From NCBI RefSeq assembly GCF_009834535.1, contig NC_045698.1, positions 5,706,001-5,770,000 of the forward strand: DNA of 64,000 nucleotides. The letters run 5' to 3'. The notes beneath the pieces were generated by a model. The model had not been told where the DNA came from. It made no database searches and was given only the letters and a program-made list of their open reading frames with translations. This DNA comes from Camelus ferus. Lineage: Eukaryota. A program made the translations under genes and the position numbers. Below, one piece after another: positions 38,066 through 50,668 of the stretch (positions are counted from its first letter, which is position 1; every line of letters starts with the position of its first letter).

Positions 38066-40669
38066 AGATGCAAGTCATCACACAACTACTAGAAATGATT
38101 TGAAAAATATGCACATGTGATGCGCAGTGCGACTGTGCAGGGCCCCGGTGCAGCCCCCACCTCTTCATCACCCTCTCCCCTGAGCACACCAGGCCGTCCC
38201 CAGGCATCCCAGCTTCCGATGAGCGAAATCCCCTTTGAAGGGAAACACCACTCCCACCTTCCATTTTCTTTCCTCCCCACACCCACCTGCTAGTAGCATT
38301 ATCTGGACCCAAATTACCAAAAAACAATTTTACATTCTCTAGCCCCGTGAAAGCAAATGTGAAGGAGATTAAAAAGAAATGAATATTTATAAATGAAAAG
38401 GGCAGGGGTTAACCTTGCAGTAGAGTACAATTAAATATCCTTTACCTTAAAGCATTAAATATTTTGTGGGCATTTTATGCTTTGTGAAAGTGTTACAAAT
38501 GTCAATATTTATGCTATGAAATGCTAACAAAGAACACACACTATTACGATTTTTTACAGCACAATACTAATTTAAAAATAATGTCAAAATGAATTTATAA
38601 TTACATGGATATGGAAATGTCTTTGCCCTGGAACTCTATAAGCCACCAAAATGTGATTTATTTTTCATTTTCCTTGCTGCCTAAAAACCTTTGAAAATTT
38701 AATCTCTGTTGTTTTTCAGAAGATGGATTACTCGGGCAGGAAAATGAGACCTTCACATCTCCTATCTGTTTCATTTCCACTTGCATTGCCACTGACGCCT
38801 GCCCCTTTCAATAACCACTGAAAGTTCGTTATTGGCCCCCAGAACTACAGGTTTGAGTTTAAATTCTGAGCTGAGAGCAAAAACTCTCCAAAGATTGCCT
38901 TCATCCTGAGAGCTCCCACTGTGCCCAAAGGCGAGTGATGTATTTTTACCCTCTTTCTGTATCACCCTTCGAGTGATGCCTTCAGAAAGTGAAGTCTATT
39001 TCAAAGCCCATTGCTCAAGTGCCAAATATTGCAGGTGTCCAGAGACCCTGCTTTGGCAATTATAATGAAACAAGACAAAAACCTAGATTGGTGCAGAGCG
39101 CTAATGGTGACTGTAATAGGCTGAACTTGCAATGCCAAACTGACAGAGCCTCCTCTAACCTGGAGGAAACTCTGGAGAAAATGGTGCCCAGCAGGGCATC
39201 CTGGGTCACACTGGCAAGGCCAGGGTGCCCCTGGTCTCCAGCTGCGGCTCCGGGCTAGGGTGTGCCCTCGAGTGAGAGGTGACTGTCCACAGCTAGGGCG
39301 GATCTTGGAGGTGCCCATCTTGGTAGCCTTCTGCCTGCCACAAGCCCATCACTGGACATTGAGTTTTCCTTGAAGGAGACCTGAAAGGCAGTCACATACT
39401 CCCCAAACTCTCCTCAACAGCCCGTAGCAGACTCTCCATCTATCTCTGCCTTCACGGAGTGTGCGGCTGCTCTGCCTTCCCGCTCCTCGACTGGACAGAA
39501 AAACACCGTACTTTCTCAGTCCCCAGGTGTTGGCAACTGATGGGACCCACCCTCCTTAGAAGGCAGTGCAGGGACCAGGCTTGAGCATTCCCTTTGGGAT
39601 ATCACTTCTGTACTAAACTGGCTTATCAAACACTGCATCCAACCACACACGCTGCTGTGAGAGTTCTGATAAACCAGGTGCTCCCGGTCTTACAATCGTA
39701 TGGAATAAAAACGACAGTAAGCAAAACAAATAAAGAAAGGCACTTGATGAGTTTTAGTCTGTGACCAACACCACGGGCAAATCTGTTGCAAAGGTTCCAG
39801 AAAAGGGACACGGTGACCTGGAGGTGTTAGAAATGGTCTGCAGGATTAGGACACCTGCTTCAGCTGGCAGGTAGAGCAGGGGACCCATTTCACCCTCCTG
39901 AAAGACTGATGGGCTCGGGGAGGGGGATGATAATTCTTAACAGCCAGTCTGGAATGTCTCACGAGTTCTAGATTCTTCTGAGAAAAGCATATTTCAGAAT
40001 TGTTTGGATTCTAAACATCAAAAATTAATCCTAAATTCTGGAGCCCTTTTTACCAAAGGCCAGCTCAGACCCCAGACAGGCTTCTCATCTTGACTGCAAG
40101 GACAGTCCTCTCCTCCCCAGCTTCCCAAGCACTATTTTGTCCCTGATTGGCACATACTGGCTGGGAGCACCAGGAATTTTTTTTTTTTTTTAAGTGTATG
40201 CTCTGAAGCCAATGAATGGTCAAAAAAAAAAAAAAATAGTAAGAAATGTTGGGTCAAAGAACGCCTTAATTTTTAAAAAAAGGAAATGAAAAAGAAAACG
40301 TGATCTCACATCATTTAAAACAGTAGATAAATCAAGAATTAATCGGTTCCATCACATATAAAAAATATACTTCAGTTTTACGTTGGGGTTGGGCTGGCTG
40401 TGATAGGTTTTCTGTCTGCCCATTTGGAGAATTCAAGGACTCGAGGGGATAATCACAAGTAAATAAAATTAACAGTCATGTGTTCAAAAATATTAAGTTT
40501 TGAATTTTCTCATTTGTGTAAGTTACATATATATATATAACTATAGATAAAATCTCATATAAATATATACATACATATAACTCATATATAAACATTTAAA
40601 ATAATGTGGAGGCACAGGCAAATATATGTTATAGCATATAGCATACAGCATACATTCACGAAGATTTAG

Positions 40670-41985
40670 GCCTATGTCAATTACTTTGACAAAGGCGCCC
40701 AGGCCATTCAGTGGGAGAAAGAATAATCTTTTCAACTAATGGTGCTGGGACACCCAGTTAGCCGCACTCAAAAGAATGAAGTTGGAACCTTACTTCACAC
40801 CACATACAAACATTAACCCCAAATGAATCAATGACCTAAATGTGAAAGCTTACACTATAAACTCTCAGAATAAAACACAGGGGTAAATCTTCATGGCTTT
40901 GGATTTGACAATAGATTCTCAGGTATAACACCAAAAGCATCATCAGCAATAAAAGAAAAAATTGACATATTGGACGTCATCAAAATTAAAAATTTTGTAC
41001 TTCAAAGGATATCATCAAGAAATTAAAAAGTCAGTCTGTAGAATGGAGAAAATATTTGAAAACTATATATCTTATGAGAGACTTGTATCTAGAATATATT
41101 AAAAAATAACTCATAAAACTTGATGATGGAAAGGCAAATAATCCAATTATAAATGTGCAAAGGCTCTGAATAGACACATCTCCACAGAAGACCCACCACT
41201 GGCCAATAAGGACATGAAACGATGCTTGATATCATTTTCATCAGGGAAATGCAAACCAAAACAGCAATAACACACCATTTCACACCCTCCAGGATGACTA
41301 TGATCAAAAAGTCAGGTTGTAACAAGTGTTGGGGAAGATGTGGAGAAATCAGAACTCACACATAGCTGGTGGGGATGTAAATAGGGCAATTGCTTTGGAA
41401 AAAAATCTGGAAGTTCCTCAGTTGTTTAAACATATATTTAACATACAATCCATCAATTCCACTCTTTGGTTATATACCCAAGATAAATGAAATATCTATC
41501 CACACAAAAACTTGTACCTGAGTGTTTATAGTAGTCATATTCAAAAGGTGGGAAAAATAAAAACAAATGACCGTCAACTGTTAACTGATAACAATAATGG
41601 ATAAACAAATGTGGAAAACCCATACAAAGGAGTATTATTTGGCCATGAAAAGGAATGAAATACTGGCACATGTTACAGCATGGGTTAACCTTGAAAATAC
41701 TGTACTATGTGAAAGAGGCAGCTGAGAAATACCACATATTATGTGATTTCATTTATATGAAGTGCACAGAGTGGCTGGATCCATAGAAATAGGTGTTTAA
41801 TGGCTGCTTAGGGCTGAGGGAGCTGTGAGGGGCGATGACTAGAGGGTGCATGGTTTTTCCTGGATGTAATGAAAGATTTGACTCTGATGAGGATTGCTCA
41901 CATCTGTGAGTACTGAAAGTGGGTGAATTTGTGGCATGTGAATTAGATCTTTTTAAAGAACCTAAAGAAAAAAGAAAAAAAAAAA
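40670..41985 (+). mobile_element. L1MB-like 3' end (ORF2 C-terminus, 3' UTR, A tail)
   Basis: 'ttcaactaatggtgctggga', 'cagggaaatgcaaaccaaaac', 'aaaaggaatgaaatactgg', 'gtgaatttgtggcatgtgaattagatct', then an A-rich tail. Confidence 0.9.
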
Positions 41986-42399
41986 GTATGGTGACAAATA
42001 CCAATTCTACATCTGGTAAGAAAGTTGCTATTTCTTCAAAACCAACAGAACAAAGGGAAAGAATTCAGGATTTATTTGTAAGCTTTTCTGGACATTTACT
42101 AGGGTTTTTGAAAATACTGACCTGATAAGATTACACTTCTAAAACTATCTCCAGAATAAGATTTTAGAGGAAATGTAAAGGAAAATGAAACAAGAATTCA
42201 TGACCACAGTTTAGTCATATGCATTTACAGTGGGATACACCTGGTTGCATGACCCAAGGACCCTTGAGTATTGAATTTGGTTTTAGGTTGACCTGGATTT
42301 GGGCTGTTTCCACTTTGCTCATGGAATCAAGCAGCATTCTATTCTGGAAGAAGGAACCTTCATACCAGGTCTTAGGTGTCCCCCACAAACAATTTTTCA

Positions 42400-42900
42400 A
42401 AGACTTTGATCAGTAACATGGAAAGCTGGCACCATGAATGAGAACCAGAAGACATAAGACAAAAGGCACAGATCTACAGAGCCTTGGTATATTGGATTTA
42501 CCAAGCAGCTTGTAAAACAACATCACTTACTCTGTTTAACAAAGTAAAAGCAAAGCTTGAGAACATCCACAGTAAGTCTGACATGTCAAAATTATTACAA
42601 AAATGTTGAAAAGGAACAAAATAGAATTTCTAGAAAAATAAATGTTAGGAGAGATACACTCAGTGAAATAGTCAAAGAACATGTGTAAAAAGAGTCTTGT
42701 GTGGTATACAGTCAATAGGAAATCATCCAGAATAAAATGCATACAGGGACTAAATAAATAACATGAATAATAGATTAAGCAACACATCAGGTACCACAAA
42801 GAGGTCTAACGCATCTTTCTATGTGAGTCATTGAGTTTCAGAAGAAGAGGAGAATGGAAGAGAGGCCATATTTGAAGAGATAAAATAGGACTGGATGGTT
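42400..42900 (+). mobile_element. Old L1M ORF1-region fragment
   Basis: 'aaatagaatttctagaaaaataaa', 'agaggtctaacgcatc', 'gaggccatatttgaagagataa'. Confidence 0.55.
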
Positions 42901-45900
42901 AAGCTCCTTCTGGACCTCAAAGATGCTTTGCCTGGAGGAGGACTCTTTTCCTCTACTGGGCTTTGAGAAATTGATACGATGTGCACTTAAAGAGCTTGCA
43001 TTTAAAGCATCGTTGTGGCCAGTTAGCAGGTCCTTGACTCCCACTCACATAATCAACTGCAGCTATAAAGAAGAGAAATTTATTGGCAGAGTAGACATTG
43101 GGAAAAGTTTCCATATATGAATGATCTTGAAGGCCAGATGCCCAAAGTATCAACCTTGGTTGCAGGATCATCTTGTGTTCCTATGTTCAGCTGAGTAGGG
43201 TGACTCTTAGATAACTCAGGAGTCTTTTCCAAACAGCACCGTTGGGGGTGGGAGAGAGCAGGGAGGTGTGAAGGTGAACTATTGGAGGACACAGAGGTCC
43301 CAGAAGTAGAAAAGGAGAGAGAGCTGGCTGTTTTCTTGATTTGAAGCTACCTATATTTTTATGCATACTCTAATGAATGTACCTTGGACTGACTGTAGCC
43401 TTGCATTTATTAAACATTGCTTTTTGTTATATTAATCTCTTGAATGGGATGGGGAAATAAACCCAGCAACATCAGAGTCAGAAATGCAGCGCTGTTGCAA
43501 AACAGGAGCTGTGCTTGCTGCTGTTTTAAAGTATGACTCCTCAGGGAGTTCCTGCCTTTAAAAACGTCACCAGTATTCTGATCTGAAGCAGAAAAGTGAA
43601 CCACAACAGTATTTTTAAGTCAGAGACAAGGGCTGAATTCATTTACACCAACAGAACTTAGATCTTACTAGAAAGTATTGGAGTATATTTCCTTAAAGTA
43701 AATTATTTTAAAATATCCCATTAAGAATGTTTAATACATGAAGGTGAATGAGAATTAATAGCTTCTTTGAGTCTCGTTCTTAAGCATATGAGGTGAGAAT
43801 GTGAACAATCTTTTATTCTTCACTGTTGAGTAAGGCAAGGCCAAGATTATCTGAAATACTGCTACAAAGTGCCAGACTGTGGAATCATACACAGAAATCT
43901 CTCTTTTCTTACCGTTATCAATGAAGAACATTAGGGCACATAGGCTAAGGCTTTGTTTGGTATTTTTGACATCTTTGATTGTCATTTTAGAATCCCTTGG
44001 GTTGGGTTGAAGGTTGCTAAAATCATCTATTACAATACATTCACCTTTATGAAAAATTAATACCTAATACCATGTATAGTGATATTTGAAAATAAGGGAA
44101 ATGGCTTTATATATAATCAGAAAAAAAGGAAGTTGTAATAATATCAGCTATAACGGTTCTAAATTGTTTCCCTGACTTAATTAGGTGAAACTGAAATAGA
44201 TGGAAAACAAAAAACCTGAGGGATTATGAGAGAATGAAAATGACAGAAAACTCAGTGAAGGAAATGCTTCTCGTGGGGATGAGTCCCCTGAAGGAATAAA
44301 ACGTAACTTCTCTCCAGGTCCGTCAGTGGAGCCTGACTCAGGAGCTCACTGGCCGAATGAGCCACCCTAACGGCCCTGAGGGGAGGTGCGAGTTTACCAG
44401 TCAGACTGAAACCAACACAAAAACTGAAATAAGAGGCAGGAAAAAACCCCCCAAAACAGGAATCGAAGTTAAGAGAACTGTTTATATCCTGAAAAATGCT
44501 GAGTATAATAATTTCTTGGGTTTTTTTCCTGGTGCTCAAAAGTTCCTATTTCTGAGAAAGTCAAAGAAAGGGACTCGTGTTAAGATGTACCAGTTGCAGT
44601 ACAGAAGGTTAACAAAAGGAAAGGCTCTTATCCACACCTTCTAGAAGGTTCCTGCAGCCCCTCTACAGGAGGGAAGAAAGGAAGAAAAACACACTTACAA
44701 AGAGGCAGAAAGGAAGAGAAAAAACACTCACAAAGACATTCTCATGTGGGAACACAGGGCTAGAGACTTCGAGTTAATTATCCTTTTCTCTCTCCAACAA
44801 CCATTAGAAACAGGCCGTGTTATCGTCAACTTATGATTCCGGAAACAGAAGAAATGCAACCCTGTTGAGGACTTGGGGCAACTGATGCTCACGTCCAGAG
44901 CTGAGTCCAAGATGGTTGGCCTGGTAAGCCTGATTGATCTTCCAAGCAAAGCAAGCCCATAACCTGAGTGGAGGCAGCACTTTGCTCTGGGGGCCCCTGG
45001 GACATGTTCCCCATGAGGACCACATCCCTTGCCCTCCATTCGTGTCCGAGTCTCCTCCTTTCCCCTGTGGCTACAAGTCTGTGAGGAAACTGGACGTTCA
45101 GAAGCTGCAGGAGAGGCCCCTTTGCTGGCTCCGCCTGGCTTGTTGAGACAACCCTGTGGCTGACAGCACCAGTTATGGGAACTCTCTGCACTTGTCCCCA
45201 CCCAGCTTCGGAGAGCCCATTCCTTCAGCCCAGCTTCCCAGCAAATGACAGGCAAGGCCGATGCTCCCGGTTCAGGAGCCCCCTCGCGGGGGGTCGGGCT
45301 GCCTGGAGGACCCTCGCCATCACAGACAGCCTTTCCCATATGGGTGGCATGATAGTGGAAATGTGTGTGCTTTAGAGAATTTAAGTACGTCTGTGGAGTC
45401 CAGCTGTCTTCACCTATACACAAACCACTCTTGCATCTCAACTGAGATTAAAGCCACACTTCGGCTGAACGGAATCAGAGCCAGGTTTTCTAGGATCCCA
45501 GTGTGCGACAGAGAGTCCTGGGAAGAACTGTTCCCATCCTGTGCTTTTCCTCTGATTGGCATTTCAATTGCTGCACAAGTAGCTGTGCTGGGGCTTCGCA
45601 GACTTACACTCAGCAATGGGTGACAGTAAGTGACCTGAGGTGACACCACTGATCCGTGGAGGGCCGGGCTGTCTGTCTTTGAGCCCCATGCTACACAACC
45701 TCATTTATTTATTCCCATGTTTCTCCAACCATCCTCTAGTGCTTGAAGATTGGGTTTGGAAAATAATTTTTATTTAGTTTCTTAAGTATCAGAGTGTTTA
45801 ATTCCCATTAAACAAACAGAATAACGAACAGGAGCCCTCCTCAATCACTTTCTCTATTTGTATGCAGAGGAAACCTCCTGTACTGGGGGCGAAGATGGAG

Positions 45901-46859
45901 TGAGGTGCGGCTTTGGGGAGGGGACAGTGAGGGAAGGACAGGTGATGGTGGGGCAGCGATTCAGAGAAACTGAGTTCAAGCCGAGGCCTCTCCTTTTCCA
46001 AACTGTCGATTCCCTCTCACCTTTCCCCATGTGGTGATCCCATCTCCCCTCAACCAGAGGGAATTCTTCCTTTTCAGGTTTCTGGGAAACCTCCCACTCG
46101 TCTCCTTTTCATCAACCAGATTCGCCAAATAGTTCCTCTCTCTTCATCTTTTCTTCACAACCTTGCTGATTCAACACACCAAGATGCTCAACAGAACAAG
46201 GTGAGATACTTCTTATTGAGACACTCCAACGTTCTCTTGAGAACAGAGTGTATTTTCTGTTGGTATCCATTTAATGTGATGAGCAACCTAAGATCCAGGT
46301 GTCTTTAGATTCCGAGCCCCACCAGACGCATTTCTGCAGAGAATTCTTAGCTGCACTCCACCTGCCGAGTGCAGGACGTCTGATGAGGACATTCACTGGC
46401 CCTTCCAGGAGCGGCGCTGGCCCCCCGGGCAGCCTTCTCCAGCCGCACTGCCTGCCCAGAAGCCTCCTGTTTGGTCACAGCTCCTACTGGGGAAGTAAGA
46501 ATCTTCTCATAGCCCCGTGTGATTAATACAAACCCTGCATTTCAAGCTGTCAAAGACAAACTTACCTGCTAGGAAAGCAATTCAGCCAGTAGAACTTTAA
46601 TTTTCTATGAAGTCAAATTTCTAGCACATTCAGTATATTGAACGTACCTTGTACTGAAGGAAAGTAAGGGAAGAACGACTTCACTGCTCACGGTGAATCC
46701 ATTACCCGCGAAGGCCAGCCACCCAGCGCGTGGGGTGGGGTTGCGCTGAGATGCTGCGAGGTGAACCTCTTGCCTCTGCGGTGGTTCCATGTGTTTGAGA
46801 GGTTGTGTTCCAAGGTTCAGCGGGGTGCATCCCTTTTGTCTTAGACAAGCTTTGCCCTT

Positions 46860-46930
46860 CATCTTTCTATTCCCAGCAACTCGCACATGGCCTGACCTGT
46901 AACAGACACTCAATAAATGTTTGCAAGGGA
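46860..46930 (+). mobile_element. L2 3' end
   Basis: 'tattcccagcaactcgcacatggcctgacctgtaacagacactcaataaatgtttg'. Confidence 0.6.
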
Positions 46931-47293
46931 AGTTTGTGGAGCTATCACTTAGCAGAAGACACCACGTAATGAGTGAGTATGTACCACATGCCGAGCGCCG
47001 GGAGGTGACTTCCAGTGGAAAAGGACTGAGTTCTCTGCACCACGGTCTGATAGCTCCATAAACAAGAATCAAAATGAAACACACCTGGCATTTTCTTGTT
47101 AACTTGGCTGGCTATGCATTTTGCTGTATGCACCACGGGGCTATGATTTTTAAGCCAGACAACCAATATATATTGAATAACACTAATGTGTAAGTTTCTG
47201 TGCTTTAAAAAGACTTCTCCTGCCTAACAAGGAAACTTGGAGAAACAGGATATCAATCACTCAAATCAACATGATTGTGTTATAATTATAAGA

Positions 47294-48190
47294 TGTTACG
47301 TAGGACAACACGTTGTTTGGTTGGTAGAGCACATCACACAGATGCTCGGAGAGAGGAAAGGCAGAATTCTTATTACTTTCAGCTCCAAATGAGAGGAGGC
47401 TGCCACGGGGGTGCTGACTGAGAAAACAAAAAAGCACAACCTCAAAACTGAGAATTATGTTTCATTTGGAGGACTTACGCCCAGGAGGCAGCCTTTCAGA
47501 TAGCTCTGAGGGACCGTTCTGAAGAGGTAAGGGAGGAGCCAGGACAAATAGGAGTTCTTGCAAAAACACCCAGGTAGTCAGAACTTCGAAAGATTACTGC
47601 TAATTAAAGAAAACCAGTCATCTCAAGTTAATAAATTAGCACTTTTCTATGTATGGGAAGACGCAGGATCCTGAGCACATTGAAATCATCCCTTTGATGT
47701 GCACCTTAATTGTCTAGGGCCAGTAGCCTGCTCTTTCCCGTCCTGAATCCCCTCAGGGTGCACAGCAGGGGGCAGCGGTGTGACTGATGGTTTGAGCACG
47801 CAGCATCCTTTGTTTACAGATGTGCTAGGCAACATTCTTCATCCACAGGGGCCGCACCTGGGGACAGGATACCAGCAACCTGGAGAGGTCAAGACTTGCT
47901 TGGTATGATGAGTAGGATGGGCGTAATCTGGTTTTACAGCTGTCCGTGAATTAGTTAACTTGACTAAATCCTTGGGTTCCGGGCACAGGGCTGATCTTGG
48001 TTGATTGTTATCTGTCCCAGGGCAGGCAGGGCGGCTGCATCGTGAGCTGGATTGTCAGAGTCCCATAAGTGAAGTGGTTGGGTGTGGACTTTATCAGCTG
48101 CTTGAGAAGAGGAACTGACAGGCCTCTTGCCAGGGGCTCAAAACTGGTCCAGACTACCTTTGAAAAAACCCCACAACACCCTATGTTACA
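47294..48190 (-). mobile_element. ERVL-class LTR (MER54/MER74/MER88 group), host of a nested ERV1 LTR
   Basis: Reverse strand reads 'ccagttttgagcccctggcaagaggcctgtcagttcctcttctcaagcagctgataaagtccacaccc'; 'tttatt' at ~47370; continues on both sides of the insert. Confidence 0.65.
47412..47847 (-). mobile_element. ERV1 solo LTR, MER41/LTR39-like family (copy 4), nested
   Basis: Reverse complement of the copy 1/2 type ('aattaaagaaaaccag..tctcaagttaa', 'tctagggccag'); TSD gggg/gggg. Confidence 0.88.
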
Positions 48191-49872
48191 ATAATGTAAT
48201 AACGTGTCTTCACATGAGTGTCAGATGGCACCAAATGGCCCCAGAGCCACTCCAGAGCCTGGATACCAGAGCCTGGGTACGTCTGTAACACCACTGAGTC
48301 TTTGTGTCTTTTTGGGTCACGTGGAAACGCATGACTTACAATATTTCAGTGACTGGGTCGAGAAAGAACTTAATCACAGGTGCTCTTTGAAGACATTTTG
48401 AACATTGTTACTGGCAGAAAAACCAAAGTCATGTTCAAAGTTGGGACCAGACGAACAGAATATACTGAGTTCTGCATGTTCCAAAGGCATCTGTTGACTA
48501 ATTGCTGCTGTGACCCAGTCAGGATTGGAAGAAGTGAGAATTGAAATGGCTCCTTTAAAGTCACTGACTGTTGAGTGCCACTGACACCAAATGCCACGAG
48601 GCACAAGCCAGAATTCGACAGTCCATGTGTTTGGGGCAGACGGTGCCTGGCAGTGGGACCCCGGGGATCGGTGTTACCACCCTGTTTGGCACCTGCTCCA
48701 ACTCCCATGTCAGAACTTTGAATTTATCAGCTGTCTATAAACTCAGCAGGATTTTGTGTAAAACTTGATTGTTATTAGCAGCGTAATGGCACCACAGATT
48801 TGATATTATTTAGTTAATATTAAATACCATTCACTTTTTTAAAGTGTGCATTTAATTAGAGACATGAAAGTATTATTTTTTTCTGATGGAAATCTTATAA
48901 CTTTTCTCATATTAGTCTTTGGGAAACTATATATCATCTTTCAGACTTCATTACACTTCATACCACGTGTCACACCAAATAAATATAGGTTTGTTTAAGA
49001 AGGAATGATACTTTTATGATATTCATGTGAATATATGTTATATATATGGTGTGTACACACATACATGTATGCCCATATGTACGTATATATGGTACACACA
49101 CGAACACACAGTAACACACACACATATGAGTTCTGTCATTGAGACAGAATGACATTAACTCCTCTGGACCTAATGCTTTTCTTTTCTAATGGAAGAGGTT
49201 GAACCAGATATGAGATTTCATTTAGATTTTATAGACTTGGTTATGTTAAAAGGGAAAAAAAAGACAAAGAGGAAAGGCATTTAATACCTGATGGTTACAG
49301 AGTATCTGTAACATTTATTACATTTTAATTTGCTCAAAGAATGAGACAGTATTTGATCTCACATCCTTGCTAATTTCTTCAGCGCCCATAATTTAATATG
49401 TTAGCATAAAATGAGGTGGGAAAGCTGGCTAACCTCCCTTTACTTGTAACACACCTTGAGGAAATTTTTGATTAATCTCCAAGCCCCCAGGGCAGTGATA
49501 ATAATAAATGATGAGAGTACATGGGAGAATGACAGATTCATTTGTGGTCTACTAGTCCTAACCCCAGTGGAAAAAAAAAATAAAAAAAGGGTTGATGCAC
49601 TAATTTTAAAACAATCCCTAAAGTGCCAGAATCTCTTAAGCCTTACACTGTTTGATTTATCTTTAAAATCTCTTTCCAATTAAACATACTGATACTTGGA
49701 ATTAAATAAAAGCCTTGGAGAGTAGGTGGTAATTTTGCTTTGCACATAATTTAAAATGCAGACATCTCAGACCAACCAGTGGCAACTGAAGACTTCCTGA
49801 GATCAAACACTCATTATTTGAAAGTGATGTAATTCCACAAAGCTCTTGTAAAGGCTCAAGAACAATTACAAT

Positions 49873-50555
49873 CAAGCTATTATCAAAAAGACAAGAGATA
49901 AAATATGTTGGCGAAAATGTGGAGAAAAGGGAACCCTTGTGCACTGCTGGTGGGAATGTAAATTGTTGAAGCCACTATGGAAAACTGAATGGCAATTCCT
50001 CAAAAAAATAAAAATGGAACTACCATATAAGCCAGGAAGTCCACCTCTGGGTCTATATCCCAGGGAATCAAAATCAGGATCTTGAAGAAGTGTCTGCATG
50101 CCCGTGCTCATTGCAGTGTCATTAGTCAAGGTATGGACACAACTTAAATGTCCTTCAGTGGACATAAAGGAAATACACACAATGGAATATTATTCAGCCA
50201 TAAAAAGAAGGAAATCTTGCCATTTGTGATGACACGGATGAACCTGGGGGGCATTATGCTAAGTGAAATAAGCCAGGCAGAGAAAAACAAATACTAAATG
50301 GTATCATTTATATGTGGAAATTTTAAAAAAGCTGATTTTATAGACACAGAGACTGCTGTAACGGAATGGTGGTTCTAGCAGGGACCGGGAGGAGGGGAAA
50401 ATGAAGTGATGCAGGTCACAAGATACACATTTTCAGTCATAAGAGTAAGTCCTGAGGCTCTAACGTGCAGCACGGTGTCTATAGTTAGTAACACAAAATC
50501 AGTGTTATGTGTGTAGTTGAACGTTGCTGAGAGACTAGATCTTAAGAATTCTCAC
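49873..50555 (+). mobile_element. L1MA9/L1MB1-like 3' fragment
   Basis: 'gtggagaaaagggaacccttgtgcactgctggtgggaatgtaaatt', 'aatggaatattattcagccataaaaagaaggaaatcttgccatttg', 'gttgctgagagactagatcttaag'. Confidence 0.88.
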
Positions 50556-50668
50556 TAAAAAGAAGGAGAAAGAAGGATAAGAAGAGGAAGCAGCAGCAGC
50601 AGCAGCAGCAGAAGAAGAAGGAGGAGGAGGGGGAGGAGGAGGAGGGGGAGGAGGAGGGAGAGGAGGAC
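50556..50668 (+). repeat. Compound purine-rich trinucleotide repeat (AAG)/(CAG)7/(GAG)n
   Basis: Direct reading; (CAG)7 at 50591-50611. Confidence 0.9.

Noticed and set aside
44728..45441. 237-aa minus-strand ORF (longest in the track)
   Set aside because: No recognisable domain, composition typical of a chance ORF in GC-rich DNA, and overlapping ORFs in several frames.
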